A DNA stretch of 63,961 bases, the filler included, from Lenisia limosa (Eukaryota; Protista; Breviatea): NCBI GenBank assembly GCA_001655205.1. It is 19 parts of 19 records of this genome, joined end to end, with 100 filler letters (N's around TTAATTAATTAA, not from the genome) between each part and the next. Parts side by side here need not be neighbours in the genome. Positions count along the whole stretch, not along the records: positions 11,625 to 22,058 come from LPNZ01003464.1; positions 22,159 to 27,802 come from LPNZ01009356.1; 17 more parts are not named here. One strand, given 5' to 3'. The first letter of the stretch is position 1. Every line of letters begins with the position of its first letter. A program made the position numbers and the translations under genes. Below the pieces are notes generated by a model. The model was not told the DNA's origin. It did no database searches and saw nothing but the letters and a program-made list of their open reading frames with translations. Positions 11,625-25,400 of the stretch are shown in pieces.

Positions 11625-13516
11625 TGACTCGAACGCAGCCTTCGCGTCAACTCCCATGAACAGGGTTGCCCAGATCTGTTGAGGTAGGATCAGATAAGAA
11701 CGAAACAAAAGAAACAACAAGTGTCAAAAATATTAGATGGATAAAGCAGTTGGCATCTTCTAAGACCCCTTTTGTTTATTGAGAACTCACATCCAGCGTG
11801 GAAAAGGCCCATTTAGTCTGCTCATCTGAGTACTCGGTTAGAAGGGCGATGGTGGCAAGAATCTCATCAGCTTCCAGTCGCTTCAGCATTCGGGGGAAGG
11901 CTTCACGCTGAAATCGGTGAATGCAGCAACAGAGGGGGGAGGAGGATAACTTGATTGGTGATCTATTTCACTCCATGAAATTGTGGGTTGATACATAGGT
12001 TCCAAGTCCTCGATATTTCTGCAAACAGTAACCAAAAAAGGCCTTACCTCCTCCCAGCAATACAAATAAAATGGATCAGGTATTTTTCAGTCATATTATG
12101 ATACTCTCAAAAATGAAGATGCTCAAGGATTCAAAGGTACGTTTCCATACTGAATAACGACTAACATGGATATCGCATCAAACCTACCATGACTTGAGAA
12201 GAGGCAGATTTGGCAGTGGCCGGAAGAGTGAAGAGGAGATGTTTTGCTGAAGGATCACAAGCTTGCATATGGACCGGTAACGATAGGAGAGGTAGAGAGA
12301 AATACCAAAACAGCGTTTGTTTGTCACAAAAAAAGCCCCAGTCCAGAGGTACTGTCATGATTTGTTGTTTGGAAGAATTACACAACGAGCAAATTAATTC
12401 AGCAAATGGTTATTAATTACAAAGGAGACAGGCCGAAAAAGTTCCTCACACTCATGCTACTGGTTCCAAAAATAACAATGCCAACAAAACAACCTACCGA
12501 GAAGGAGCAGCATGCCAATGGAATTTTCCTGCTCCACATCCAAATCCTCCACTCCTTCAATTGCGGGAATGACATGCTCAAGAATCGACTGGAGGGTAAA
12601 CGGAAGAACATTAAACCAATCATAAAACCAGCAATCTGACTTTATTTTGGACTTAATTTGAGCAATACTATTAATCTTTCTCAAGGAATTGAGAAATGTG
12701 GGCTTTCACAAAACTACCGAATCGAGTGGTGCAAAACAAGATGACCACCGAGGCCTCAACCTACCACAAAGACGGGCTGCTCCGAGAGAGCCAGCTGGGC
12801 TTGTGGGATGAGAACCTGCTCATAAAGGACGGCTTGCTGGTCCGGCGGCGGCGACGTCATCACAACCAAAAGTCGCACTGGTGGTCACGAGGATTGTTGG
12901 TAGGAGAGTATTAAAATTGGAGAGGGTGCCATTTGAAATGGGAACTAATAATGCCACTTCAGCCAAGAGGCTAGTTATTTGCCTTTCAATCAGACTATTA
13001 TATGCTCAAGAAATGTATATCCTTATTCCATGCTCTCACGTATCATTTCTTCATCGCACAGTAGCCCTACACATGGCAATTGATAAACAATAACGAATTA
13101 TAAGTTATGAACTCCACTCCCACTTAATATCATTCAAAACAATCCATTCCGTTCCCTCTTACATGCAGCCAAACATAGGCCCTTGTCAGAACCATAATTT
13201 AGAAGAATGGGAATGATCTAAGTTCTGTCAAACACAGGAACAACGCAACGTGATCTGCAAAAGAAACCCCGCCAAAACTCACATGGCTCTGAATGACTTT
13301 ATGTTTGTAGAGGTCGGAGATGACAAGTCGGCTAGGATCGCGCCTCACAAGACGGCATATATCTTTGAGAACGTCTCTGCACTCGTCTCCGGGCTGGTAG
13401 ACTTCTTCTCCATGACGATAGACTTTGCCACCAAGCGCGGCGATCAGAGAGAGGAGGAAGCTGTTATCTTCTATTTCGTCAGCCTCAATGCCGTTTATAT
13501 TGTTTGGCTCTTCCAT
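11625..13516 (-). CDS. TIMELESS: Timeless/Tof1/Swi1-family fork protection protein, N-terminal part (truncated by spacer)
   Basis: First exon FLLSLIAALGG..VYQPGDECRDVLKDICRLVRRD..VIQSH matches the Timeless N-terminal pattern (sALG..Y..gddcl..LKDl.r.lrrD). Later exons read LLVVMTSPP and ..IGMLLLL. Confidence 0.85.
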
Positions 13517-14313
13517 GGCGATATGGAAGGCCCCTGGAGGAGCAAGAACCAAAGAATTTGAAGTGACTTATTTCTTCTCTTCTGAGTTATCTAACTCATA
13601 TTTTTAAAACTTATCAACTTATCTATATCCTGTCTATATCCTGTATCTATCTCTATATCTGTGTTGTTCGAGTTTTTTTTGCTACAAAACAAATATACAT
13701 GGGGGTTCGATGGTAGCAACCTCTCTTGTGCCTCCCCTCAAATTTATAATTTTTTATCATATATCATATCATCATCATACATATTGCATACATACTATTG
13801 TATTATTGTAGATTCGTAGATTTTTTGACCAGTAACCAATCCCCTAGGTGACTTTAATAGACAGATAAATATCTTTTTCCCCAAGGACAGTTAGTAGATA
13901 TAATTGTCACATTATCACCATTTATCACCATTACATCATGGAAGATGTGTCAAACTGGGATGCCAACGCTATAGAACAGGTGAAGGGGGTGTTGGGGGGG
14001 GGGGTTTATGTTTGANNNNNNNNNNNNNNNNNNNNNNNNNNNNNNNNNNNNNNNNNNNNNNNNNNNNNNNNNNNNNNNNNNNNNNNNNNNNNNNCAACTC
14101 TTGTCTTCCAATGATGCGATGCGGAGAGGAATGGTTCAGCTTGATACATATTATTATTCCTTCTTGTTTGTGGTTGGGAGAATTAATATTATCCTTGTGT
14201 CAGTTCCTTCTTCAGCCTTATACCTCTTTTGTTATTTCTAGACTAGTACAGTGGTATATATTAGTCTTCTTTGCGAGTAACCATTCAGCTCAATGTGATA
14301 TCAAACTTCACAG

Positions 14314-16902
14314 GACACGGGCATCCGGAGGGGTTTGAACCAACTTCATATGACCAGGAATGTGTAAGTTTAATAATAATATCAGGCTTGGGTGGAGAAG
14401 TTAGTTTTGGATCCATTTTTTATTGTAGATAGTTTGTACACATTCCCCTCAGTCGATTCCATTTCAGCAACAACCTGTTGCCTACGAAGACATATTACAT
14501 GTACTTAGGGCTTCACTTCGGCTCAAAAAAGACCGGTAAACTATCGATAGTTTTAAGATTTATCGAGAAATTTAGTCTTTTCTCGAACCGAAGTGAAACC
14601 CCTCATGTTACTACATATATTATCAATAAAAAATATTATAATATATATATGATATAGTATATGATATCATATAGTATTGTAAATCTTTGTGTAGTATCGT
14701 ATAGTATGTATATCTCGTTACATGTATGTACAGGATATCGATACTATATGTATGATATACTATCATTCTTATTTTATAACATAAGCAATTACAAATGCTT
14801 ACACCTGACTTGTTGTCAGTTCCCCCCCCCCCCCNNNNNNNNNNNNNNNNNNNNNNNNNNNNNNNNNNNNNNNNNNNNNNNNNNNNNNNNNNNNNNNNNN
14901 NNNNNNNNNNNNNNNNNNNNNNNNNNNNNNNNNNNNNNNNNNNNNNNNNNNNNNNNNNNNNNNNNNNCATCATAAAGTCATAGAGGCTGCTAAACTATGC
15001 GTTACTGATTTTGAGGTGAGTGTTATCAAAATGCATGCGTTTAGATGTAGAAATAAAGAATCCTTCCCTCCCAGATTTAGATTTGGATAAAGAGATAGTA
15101 GATGATAATATATATCATATCATATGTACATATTTGTGACCTTTGGATCTTCTCTGCCAATCTGATATCCTTTTGTGTTATTCACACTTTAGAACAGTGG
15201 TACCCTGCTTTCAATGTCATTAAAAGCGTTACACGCTAGAAATGGATGGTTGTTATACGAACTTGTGTGTTCGGGGTTCAATTTTATCCCTTCTCTGGAA
15301 AAAGACTCAGGGGTTTGGAGTAGTATACATTTTTAATCTTGTAGCGTCAACTGATAAACCAGTTTTTTTGGGCTGAAATGAGCAGATATGTTTCTTTTCC
15401 TGACTCTGACGTGACCTTCATATTTGCAGCTTATGAAAAGGATCTGCTCTCTTTTAAATCAGTGGTTGGCTTTATTTGGTTGTAATATTCACATTTTTGA
15501 CATGTTGCAAAGACCTTACATCATAGTGGGATATGTACTGTTGTTCTCAAAGTGAGTCATTTGGCCTACAGATTCTGAAAGCCTGCCCAAATAATTTTCA
15601 GGTAATGCGAACAATATAACTCCAGCTTAATGAGCTCTGTGCTATATATCGCTCTAACATACCTTAGAATCAACAAACTGTCTTGCATGTGACTGCAGGT
15701 TTTGGACACACTCAGCTCGTTAGTGCGCTAATTAACAATGGAATGGATGTCAATTCTCTCGATAACGTGAGTGCAACTATATTATTATGTGACACACATA
15801 TGTCTAAATCATGAAAACAATGTAATCATAAACTCCATTTAAACATTGCAACACATTTTGGTCGTTTCTTAACTCCCTCAGAACTACCAAACTCCTCTGT
15901 GTAAAGCTGTTTCGAATGGTCATATTGAGCCCGTCCTTCTTTTGGCTGACCATGGAGCGAATATTCGTGAACTCTATACGGTGTGAAATTGGATGGGAGG
16001 TATGTTAAATATCCTTCTGGATGATGCAATATCTTTTTTCGCTTTTCTAATATTATGTGTTGTCATAGATAACCAGATCAGAACGACTTTTCCCCGTTGC
16101 ATCTGGCAGCAGCCAAGGGCTATCACATAATGTGCCTTGTTTTGGCCGATCTTGGGGCTAATTTGAACGCAGTTGACTATGTAGGGTTGGAGTTAATAAA
16201 AGGGGTTTTTGTTTGTGCAATTAAATGGCGTTTATGGTCACTTGTTACTCTGATCTCAGGTCATAATCATCCTGAATATTTACTGTCACAATTTGGGTTC
16301 TTACCTTGTATATTGTAGTACCAGAGAACCCCCCTTGCCTTGGCGGCTTCCTCGAGCTTTTTTGAAACAGTCAAAGTCCTGATTGAATCCGGCTCCGATA
16401 TACATACCAAAGACTACGTGGGCGTTGGGAAATTAGAACATATCATATGCAACAGAGTTTTTTTTTGTCAAAAATAAGAGTGAATACAATCCACACTACT
16501 AGAACATTTTCATTTTATTCACAATTCAATTTCAACGACTTAAGACAATTCCGTTTTCCCGTCGAAACTCTTCAGAACTACCACACACCTCTTTTCTTGG
16601 CCAGTACGTCTCAAGCCTGCGAAGCATACTCATTTACGTCCATCAAGTGCCATGCATTTAAAACAATCCAATTACTGGCTGAACTAGGTGCAGATCCCGT
16701 CAGCAGTAGTGGAGTGAGCGGCTGTTTATTTGTCGATATAATATAGTGATCTTTTGAATTTGGTCTCATCCCTCTGATGCATAACATATGTAGGTCATGA
16801 AATTTTAGAAAATTACCCTGTTCATCTTAATGTGATTGCCATTTTTGAATGAGACAGAGTAACACTTTAGTTGACAGCAATTCCCAAGGCACTACTGTAT
16901 GA
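14314..16902 (+). CDS. Ankyrin-repeat protein (multi-exon)
   Basis: Exons FGHTQLVSALINNGMDVNSLDN / NDFSPLHLAAAKGYHIMCLVLADLGANLNAVDY (16082-16180) / YQRTPLALAASSSFFETVKVLIESGSDIHTKDY (16319-16417) / NYHTPLFLAS..LLAELGADP. Stop at about 16900-16902; 5' end uncertain. Confidence 0.9.
14506..14603. mobile_element. Family B MITE
   Basis: Full TIRs; degenerate TSD CATGTACT/CATGTTAC. Confidence 0.85.
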
Positions 16903-17109
16903 CTACCAAGCTGTTGTGTAGAACTGAGGATATGTGAGGTGGTAAACGACCATTACAATAGATTTTTTTGGGAATTGAAAAGTTGTGACCATAGTGGAAT
17001 AATACATACTAGAACAAGAAGACAATTAAATAACATCAGAAAGAACACACTATTAAATATGAAACATACAAGGAAATTATGCGTTTGAAGAGGTCTACCT
17101 AAATAAAAC

Positions 17110-20100
17110 AGTTGACAGGGGAAATCATTTTGGAATCTTTGGGAAGCCTTCCTTCTTTATTGTTCCTCTTGCAGACAACCCTTCAGCCGACTTCCACCTG
17201 CATTGTAAAATAATTAGGACTCCATTTAATTGACAAAATTTGAAGTGTCTGAAATTGAGTTTACATTACAATATGCCTCATTTTGAATTTCGCAATTAAT
17301 TTTCAGATCCCTACAAAAAAACTGATGCTTTTCTTCTGTCCCCAAATTACTTAACTACCTCTCAACATTGTAGGCTAACACCCATCTGAGGATGATCTAG
17401 AATAAAATCCAAAGATAAACTGAGAAAGATATCGCAAATCCAGAAAATAGACTTCACTCTCCCCCCTTACTTTGTTGAAGTTGGTGGAGGCGCTGCCGAG
17501 TGATTTCGGGGAGAGTCAAACTTCCTTGTTTTTCGTGGTCTGCAAAATGAAAACTGTGTATTAACTAATATTTATCAATATTGTACAGGACAGAATAGCA
17601 TTTGAAACCGTCAATAATACTTGTATAATAATACAAATGAGCATAAAAACCACGACACACATGCCATGACCCAGCATACGGTGGTATGGGCGAGAACTGG
17701 GCCTCTCGCGCTCGACCCATTTCAATACTCGCAAGTTTACTCTGGCACTGGGCAAGTTCCCTCTGCATGTCAACATCTAAACTGTCACCAAAGATAAGGG
17801 TACCAAAAGTCGCAGATAGGTCATTATTAAAACGCTCACCCACCCGGACTCCTTTGGAAACAGCGTTTTGACCCGAGCCTTACATTTAGGGAACTGTTGG
17901 TTGTTTTGTCGAAGTACTGTAAGTTCGGAAGCCTGTTTGGCCAACTCAGCCGCAATTTGCTGTGTGATGAATTGCAGCAGCATGACTTCTCATGTTACCA
18001 GAATTGTTAGTCTTTTTTCAAAAGGATCGCATCATGTTTTTAATATTATCCAGTATAAATATATGTCATTATATCAATTACATGTATGCTGGAAGTAAGA
18101 CAATGTAACACAAACCACACTGAGACACTTTACCCCATACCCGGACTTGGGAACGCAGTCGTTCGCACTCCTTCTTTAGGGAATCGTTCTGAGCCGTCAT
18201 GTTCTCCACCACCGTGTCTTTGGAGATGTCGTCAATCATTCGCCGGCTGCGGGGTGTCAAATTAAAAACAGGCACAAAAATTCAGGGACATTGAAGTTGG
18301 GTATTGAAACAAAATCTGGTAAAAAGATACATAAGTCGTTTTTAGAAACGAAGTTAAGTTGCCAATAATTGTTTTGGAGAACATTAAAGCATGTTGCGGT
18401 TGGAGAGAATTGTAACGGATATCCGAACATAAACTTTCGGTGACGTCAAATTTTTACTTTTTAATAGAATTTATATAAAATTTTGGTCATGATGAATAGC
18501 ATAATTTTGTTCTCTTATCTCAATAATAATCAATTTTAATACACTAAATCTAAATCACGCAAGTTACGCTCTGTTACGGTTCTTTTTGTCCTTCGACCGA
18601 GCCAGGCTCTCCAACCACAACCCTGCTTTAAGGCTAAACAGGACAAAACACCTACGCAAGTTGTTGCTCCATTGAATTATACTTGGCAAGGATCCTAAGT
18701 TGGTTAGACCAAGTCCAGTCTGCATTCAAGTATGCAGCACTACATAAGGGACGTGGTCCTACTTGTCATTTTCGAATTTCAGTTTTCGATTAGTGTGGTC
18801 CAAATCGATGTAACTCGGCCCATTGTGGTGTTCACTCGGAAGTTGACTCTGTGTTGTCAGAGAGAAGTCAAGAGGCCTGAAGCTTGGCAAATTTAAAAAG
18901 AAGCACAGAAGCCCACTTTGAGCGTTTCCGAAACTTTCGTAAGGGAGCTGACTTGCTGGCCCAGAGCAGAGGTCTGAATTGTAAGGAAGAAATGGGACAA
19001 CGTAACTGCTTTGAAATCCCCATCAGAGAATAACCTGAGCCAAGTTTAACCTCCCAGAAAACTCTGAAATTCTTCACTAAGTCTTTGTCGAACCCAAGTG
19101 AACCCCTCAGCATACCCTTTCCAAGAGCTGGTCCCTCTCTTGTGACACAGCAGTGCTTTCCATTGCAATAGCAGCCAGTCGCTGGTTCTCAGTTCTCAGA
19201 GTATGGCTGATCTTCTCACACTGAGCCAACTCTTGTCGGAGCGTCTAAGGGGTAAGTCATATGAAGCTTTACAAGAAGAATCCCATAACAATATTTGATA
19301 TGATAAGTAATATAGTATAATATAGATCACATAATAGAGCCTAAACTATCACTCTCGTGGTGTTTCGTTTAACTTTTCAAACGTCACCAGCCCAGAAACA
19401 GGTTCCTTAGTAGGCCCAAAAGTCAACAGAATGGCTGCTTTTTGTTTGGACCCTGAGAAGCTAAACAGGCTCAATCCCAAGTCACGTTTCTTTCCCCATT
19501 AGGATAACACCACTCAGCACACAGTGACCCCGAAATACCTTATCCCCATCCTCGAGAAAATTCATGTGGTTGCGGACCTTGCGAATTTCGGTCCGTGTCG
19601 TAGCAGCGTCGACTTTCGTTTGCTAGTTGTGAGGGTGGACCAACATATAATTTATCAAAATTCTTTCGAAAAGGTAAAATAGTTATCTAAAAGAAACACC
19701 CAGAAAATTACACGCAACTTCGGGAGGTACCATTTGGTACAAGGCTTTAAATAGTATGAAGTACCATAATAACAGCATACCTGAATGTCTTTCATGAGAA
19801 TCGCCCTGGCTTTCACAAGCTAAAACATGAGAACCCTCTTGTGGAAGTGCATCAAATTATTTCATTAAACAGTTGTTTATCAATGTCCATCCATCAAGTT
19901 ATACTACATGTATATAATAAGAAGAATGGAAATTCTTGATAGTATGTGTATAAAAAGATATTTACTACTATACTGGGTTCTGGGTGCTCAACTTTGTACC
20001 ACAGATAACTGCCTCGATACACAGTGATAGATAGAAGTCTTCATGGAAGAAAGTTGGTGACCGCATTTACCAATAAACTCTCCAAATAATCAATTGCATA

Positions 20101-21031
20101 AAGTCCAAAATAAGTGGCAAACCTCTTCGTTTTCAGCCCTTAGGCTGTCAATTGTCTGTGCATATTGCTTCTTCAAAAGATCCATCTAAATAGCAATGGT
20201 AACAAGGGCTACAGATCAAAATTGAAGAGTTCATTATTTCTAATGAAATATGAGTAAGACTGTCGATGTTTGAATACCATGATACTGTTTCCTACATCTT
20301 CATCATAATTATTCCTATACACCCACATCATCACTATACTGCCGTCTCAGCCTGTCGTTTTCAGCCTGCCATTCCTTGCGGTCATTAGAAACGCCGATTT
20401 TCTTTGACGCTGACAGCTTGCTTTCCGACGTTTCTTCACGCTTGAGCGCTACAAGGTGACGTGTTACCTCTTTTACAGCAATGCATTACTTTCACTGCTA
20501 ATAAACCACAAAAAATTTTTAACGTTCTTACCATACAATCAAAACAAATTTTTATCAAATTTAGACACCTTGTAGCAAACCATCTATGAGTTGTTGCTGG
20601 TTGGCATGTAGGCGGCTGGCGATCAGTTTCACCTCCTTTTCAAGATTATTGATCCGGGCATCTTTCAGGGTCAACTGGTGAGTGAGCCTCGATCCTCCAT
20701 TCATCAGCAAATAAAAAAAAATTGTTCTTTATTATCCAGACAAATGCATGAATATGAATCCCACAAACAGCTTCAGCGAGCCTAGCTTCTGTGCTTTTCT
20801 GGAGAGATAACAGACTAATATTGATTTTTTATAATAATATAACGTAGATCAGCTGAATAGGGACACAGAAGAGGCAAAGCGACGCCCACAAACGGTTCCA
20901 GTTCTTTTGAGAGCATCGTTTTCCAAGGCTAAGCTCCTCAGAATATGTAAGTTTTCAATATAGGCTCTTCTCAACTCATCAGGAGAGAGTTTTGCGGCTT
21001 CGGCGTCAGAAGGAATCTTCATTGCCACCAC
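17110..21031 (-). CDS. Coiled-coil protein, uncharacterised (multi-exon)
   Basis: Heptad-rich exons ELRRAYIENLHILRSLALENDALKR / LTLKDARINNLEKEVKLIASRL / ENMTAQNDSLKKECERLRSQ / AELAKQASELTVLRQNNQQ. Confidence 0.6.
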
Positions 21032-21329
21032 TAATTACAAATTTGGCCCTTTTATTATGTTATCTTATATAAAAAAAGTCTCTCTCTCTCACCCTCATGG
21101 CATCCAACCCTCTTTTTCACTTTTTTCATTTTATTATTATTATATTTCTGGGGCGTAGATGGTCCCGTATTAGGGGTCGCGTTTGCTTTTGTCAGGACCG
21201 CTCATTTGCCGCTCATTAGTGAATAACTGGTTGATAACTGGTGAATAGCAGTAACGCAGTAACTAAGTAACTAATAACATAACCACATACCACCACCCAC
21301 ATAACCAGTGAACAAGATTTTATGTTAAA

Positions 21330-21905
21330 ATTGAACAACCAGTCTTTAATCTTACTCGCGAACAGCAACCCAGACTGGTGTGGCACCTGAAATGTGATGT
21401 TAACATCGTGCAAATTGTCCAAGTAACATAACCTTGACATGACCAATGAAGCGCAGCTAATTACAAATATGACCCACCAGTTGTGATGATCAGGCCCTGG
21501 GCTTGGCCATCAAGAGCATCAGCATACTCTGAGACACCCATACCTGGACTTATCCTGGGAGGGACGGGTCAGTTGACATATGAAATATTCTAGCCTTGCA
21601 TAAAAGGCATTGTGCGCTGTATTAAATATTATGTATTTATCGGATAATCAAAACAAACTCATATCCATATAAGATTTTACAATATTTAATATGACGAATA
21701 TGATATCATATCAAAAAATACACCACAAATTATTGGGCTCAAATAAGATGTCATATTCCTAATTTACAAGAGCCCAGATACTTCCAAGATGAAATCATAG
21801 CATTTGCGATTCCAACAGCCACGCCATGAGTACTGCTCTCTCGATAAACTGACAGGAGCTCCGCACTTCCGTCACACGACGTACAACCAAGGTCGATACC
21901 TTCAA
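21330..21905 (-). CDS. Exons of an uncharacterised, possibly extracellular protein
   Basis: GIDLGCTSCDGSAELLSVYRESSTHGVAVG and ISPGMGVSEYADALDGQAQGLIITT|gtgggt. Confidence 0.35.
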
Positions 21906-21959
21906 TCAATAAAAAAAATGTAGTGAGAGCAAATCAAATCTGTTTCAGGTACGTAACAC

Positions 21960-22025
21960 CTTTAGGTACGTAACTCTTCCACACCATCACCTTTGGGTAC
22001 GTAACTCTTCCACACCATCACCTTT
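21960..22025. repeat. 31-bp tandem repeat x2
   Basis: cttt(a/g)ggtacgtaactcttccacaccatcac. Confidence 0.8.
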
Positions 22026-22486
22026 AGATGCTTTTTACGAAAAGTGGGGGGGTATGATNNNNNNNNNNNNNNNNNNNNNNNNNNNNNNNNNNNNNNNNNN
22101 NNTTAATTAATTAANNNNNNNNNNNNNNNNNNNNNNNNNNNNNNNNNNNNNNNNNNNNCAACCGTCGACATTGATCGATATTTATCCAGTCTAATTGTGA
22201 CTGGAATAAGGATACTCTTATTTTTATTTTCCCCTCTTTTTTAGATATCATCTGATATTATTACCTCATGGTACTTTTTTTAATGGTTTTTTGTTATCTT
22301 TTTTCTGCTAGGATTTAGTTTGTAAAGTGTCTGAATTTGAGTGAATACAATATGTTACACTTCGCATTTTCAAATTGATTTCTCAGTAAATTTCCCCTCG
22401 TACTTCTGGTACCTTCTAATTATGTTGTGTTCTATTTCTGTTGTCTTCCATTTCTGTTGTCTTCACATTCCTTCATCCTTCAGATT

Positions 22487-25400
22487 CATGCACCGAATGT
22501 GGTGAGAATCCTTAAGAGATTTGCGTANNNNNNNNNNNNNNNNNNNNNNNNNNNNNNNNNNNNNNNNNNNNNNNNNNNNNNNNNNNNNNNNNNNNNNNNN
22601 NNNNNNNNNNNNNNNNNNNNNNNNNNNNNNNNNNNNNNNNAGCTCATGATATTATTTTTTGCAATATTATAATTGAAACTCATATTATTAATCATCTAAA
22701 AATGGACAGCTCATGATATTTAAGCATTTGAAAATATAAACTCATGGGATTAGCATCGGACCAGCACACATCGAAACGACCATTCCCGATCACGTCTGCC
22801 TCCAATTGGGCTTCAAAATCAAGGTTGGGTGGTAATGGTATTTGTGTATGGTGTGGACGGCTGGTACTCCCTTGTTTCAACTCTACATAAACTGCTTCGG
22901 CCAAATTCAATTTTTTTTATTATTTTTTATTTTATTTTTTCTCTTAACGTGTTGGTGTGTACGGCTTCGGCTAGATACGGTTTCTCGTGTCTAAATCGTG
23001 TTGCTAACTCTTCAGCCTGATGTATCTGAACTGCTCAATGTCCTGAAAGTGGGGGGGGAGGTAATAATAGGTAGTTTTCGAGGATTTATCCAGAATTCAC
23101 TTTTTTCGAATCGAAGTGAATCCCTACTCAGAAAGCAACTTCGCTATGAATTTTTTCAACTGAGCCGATTTAAGGGGGCAATGTCTGCGCTTAACCTGTT
23201 TTCCAATTTTACTGGATGAATCGGCCTTGTTGTTGTTTTGTTTTTGTGTTTGTCATCTGGTTTTTGTCGTGTTCTAGCGCGTGCTTGTTATTGCTTGTTT
23301 TGTCTATTTTTTTATTTTTGTTTGAAGTTTCAGATTATTCGGTTAATGAGTATTACCTTTACGCCAATATTCTTCATCGAAATTTCCTTCGTTTTACTCC
23401 TCTCCCCCCTCCCTCCCAGGAACTTTCCAATATGTCTCTCCATGACTACAAGGACGATGAGCTTCAAGCCTGGACTACCCTCCTGTACAACGCTATTTAC
23501 CAGGAAAGCTTCGTCAAGAACATCAATATTGAGATGGTTAAACGGGCATTTGCGCCGCCGAATCGCCTGCTCTTCCACTATGCTAAGGGACAACCCAAGT
23601 CCTTTGTGGCTACTACCGAGGTTCGGGTGATTTTTTTTTTCAAGAGAAATAATATGATATATACATTAAAAATCTAGGGGAAACAAATAAACATAGGGAT
23701 ACCATAATATGAGAAAAGAATAGGGGATGTGAGAAATATGCTGTTTGAGGTTTAAATTTGGGCTCCACTTCAGTACCAAAAAGACCAGTAAAATATCGGT
23801 AGTTTGTTTTTGTGTAACCAATGTGAAGCTTCGTCTGTTAAGCCAATAGGGTTGATTCGATTTTTTTGCCTTCTCAAGTTTTCCATTCTTACCATCCTTA
23901 CCCCCCCCCCCCAGGCNNNNNNNNNNNNNNNNNNNNNNNNNNNNNNNNNNNNNNNNNNNNNNNNNNNNNNNNNNNNNNNNNNNNNNNNNNNNNNNNNNNN
24001 NNNNNNNNNNNNNNNNNGCTGCGAATTATGGGTATTCAGTACACCTACACCGACTGTTATGATATGTGGGCGAAGTAGATTTGTGGATATTAGTACTTAA
24101 TAATTATGATATGTATAGGGGCTCCTTATTGTCCGAAAAGACCGGTAAAATATCGATATTTATCGAGGATGGATGTATCGACAAAATTAGTCTTTTTGGA
24201 CCGTAGGGAAGCCCTAGATATGTGTTCCATAAAATGGCTGAATTGCTCGATAATTCTCGATATATTTCGATATATTTCGATAGTTTGCCTATCATACCTT
24301 AATGATAACATCTTAAGTACAGTCCTGGTTGATTCCCCCTTATCGTTTTAATTAACTTTATTTCTCTAATTAACCCATCAGTCAACAGCTTTTCCTTAAG
24401 GTTGGTCTCCCGGAAACCCCAAGACCCTCGCTTATTCTTGAAGCGATTAGCAGATACGCTTGTGAGAGGGGGGGGTGCAACTTTATGTTTGTTAGAGGGT
24501 TAGTAGATATTCTGTTTTTTGCAGCAAAGTCTCTATTGAAACTAGGACCATAGAGATCCTTGTGAGGGGTGTATATATTGTGAGTAGGGCTTCACTTCGG
24601 TTTGAAAAAGACAATATTGATACTTTTCGAGGATTTATCGAGACATTCAGTCTTTTTTCGAACCGAAGTGAAGCCCAAATTGTGAGAGGGATTCCGCATC
24701 AGTTAATATACAATAGGGCATAAATCATTTTCTTGTAAACAATTACGCAGGAATTACCATGTTTCATATTCTTGTGTGATTTTTTTTTACATTTTAGCTA
24801 GAATTAACCTAGAGCTTCAGTGCACTGACCAGGAAGTCATTAACAACATCTGGATGGTAGGCAATTTGAAATCATTTCGACTCAAAAGTCGGTCATTGTG
24901 GATATGGGTCAGCATATCATTTTGGATCATTTTCACACGTGTGAACTATCACTTTCCACGCAGTGATATGATATCTCATATAGTACTTGTATGATAATTG
25001 ACCGACAAGTCTCAGTGATACTCTGATGCACTCGGGATGAACCCTCGTGTTATCTTCGTTTATCATTTCGCCTTGAAAGCCGGTAATATGATCATATTCA
25101 ATGGGTCAACGACACATTTAGAAGAATAGCCTCTAACCCTCCCCCCATTATTTTACACCCTTTTTCCTTTTCCTAGTTTGCTATTTTTTTCAAACTAGGA
25201 TATGATATGATATGTAATTATTAGGGCTCCTTGCAATTAATTTCAAAATAATTTCAAAATTTGAAGTGACTATTTTCATTGGAACGCCATTTATAACCTC
25301 CAGAATCTCGAATACGTGGCTCGTGCGCTTGGAATGGACGTGGACCCCGAAGAGCAGGCGCATGTTGAAGAAATCCTCGGCTCAATGAAGATTATTCCCA

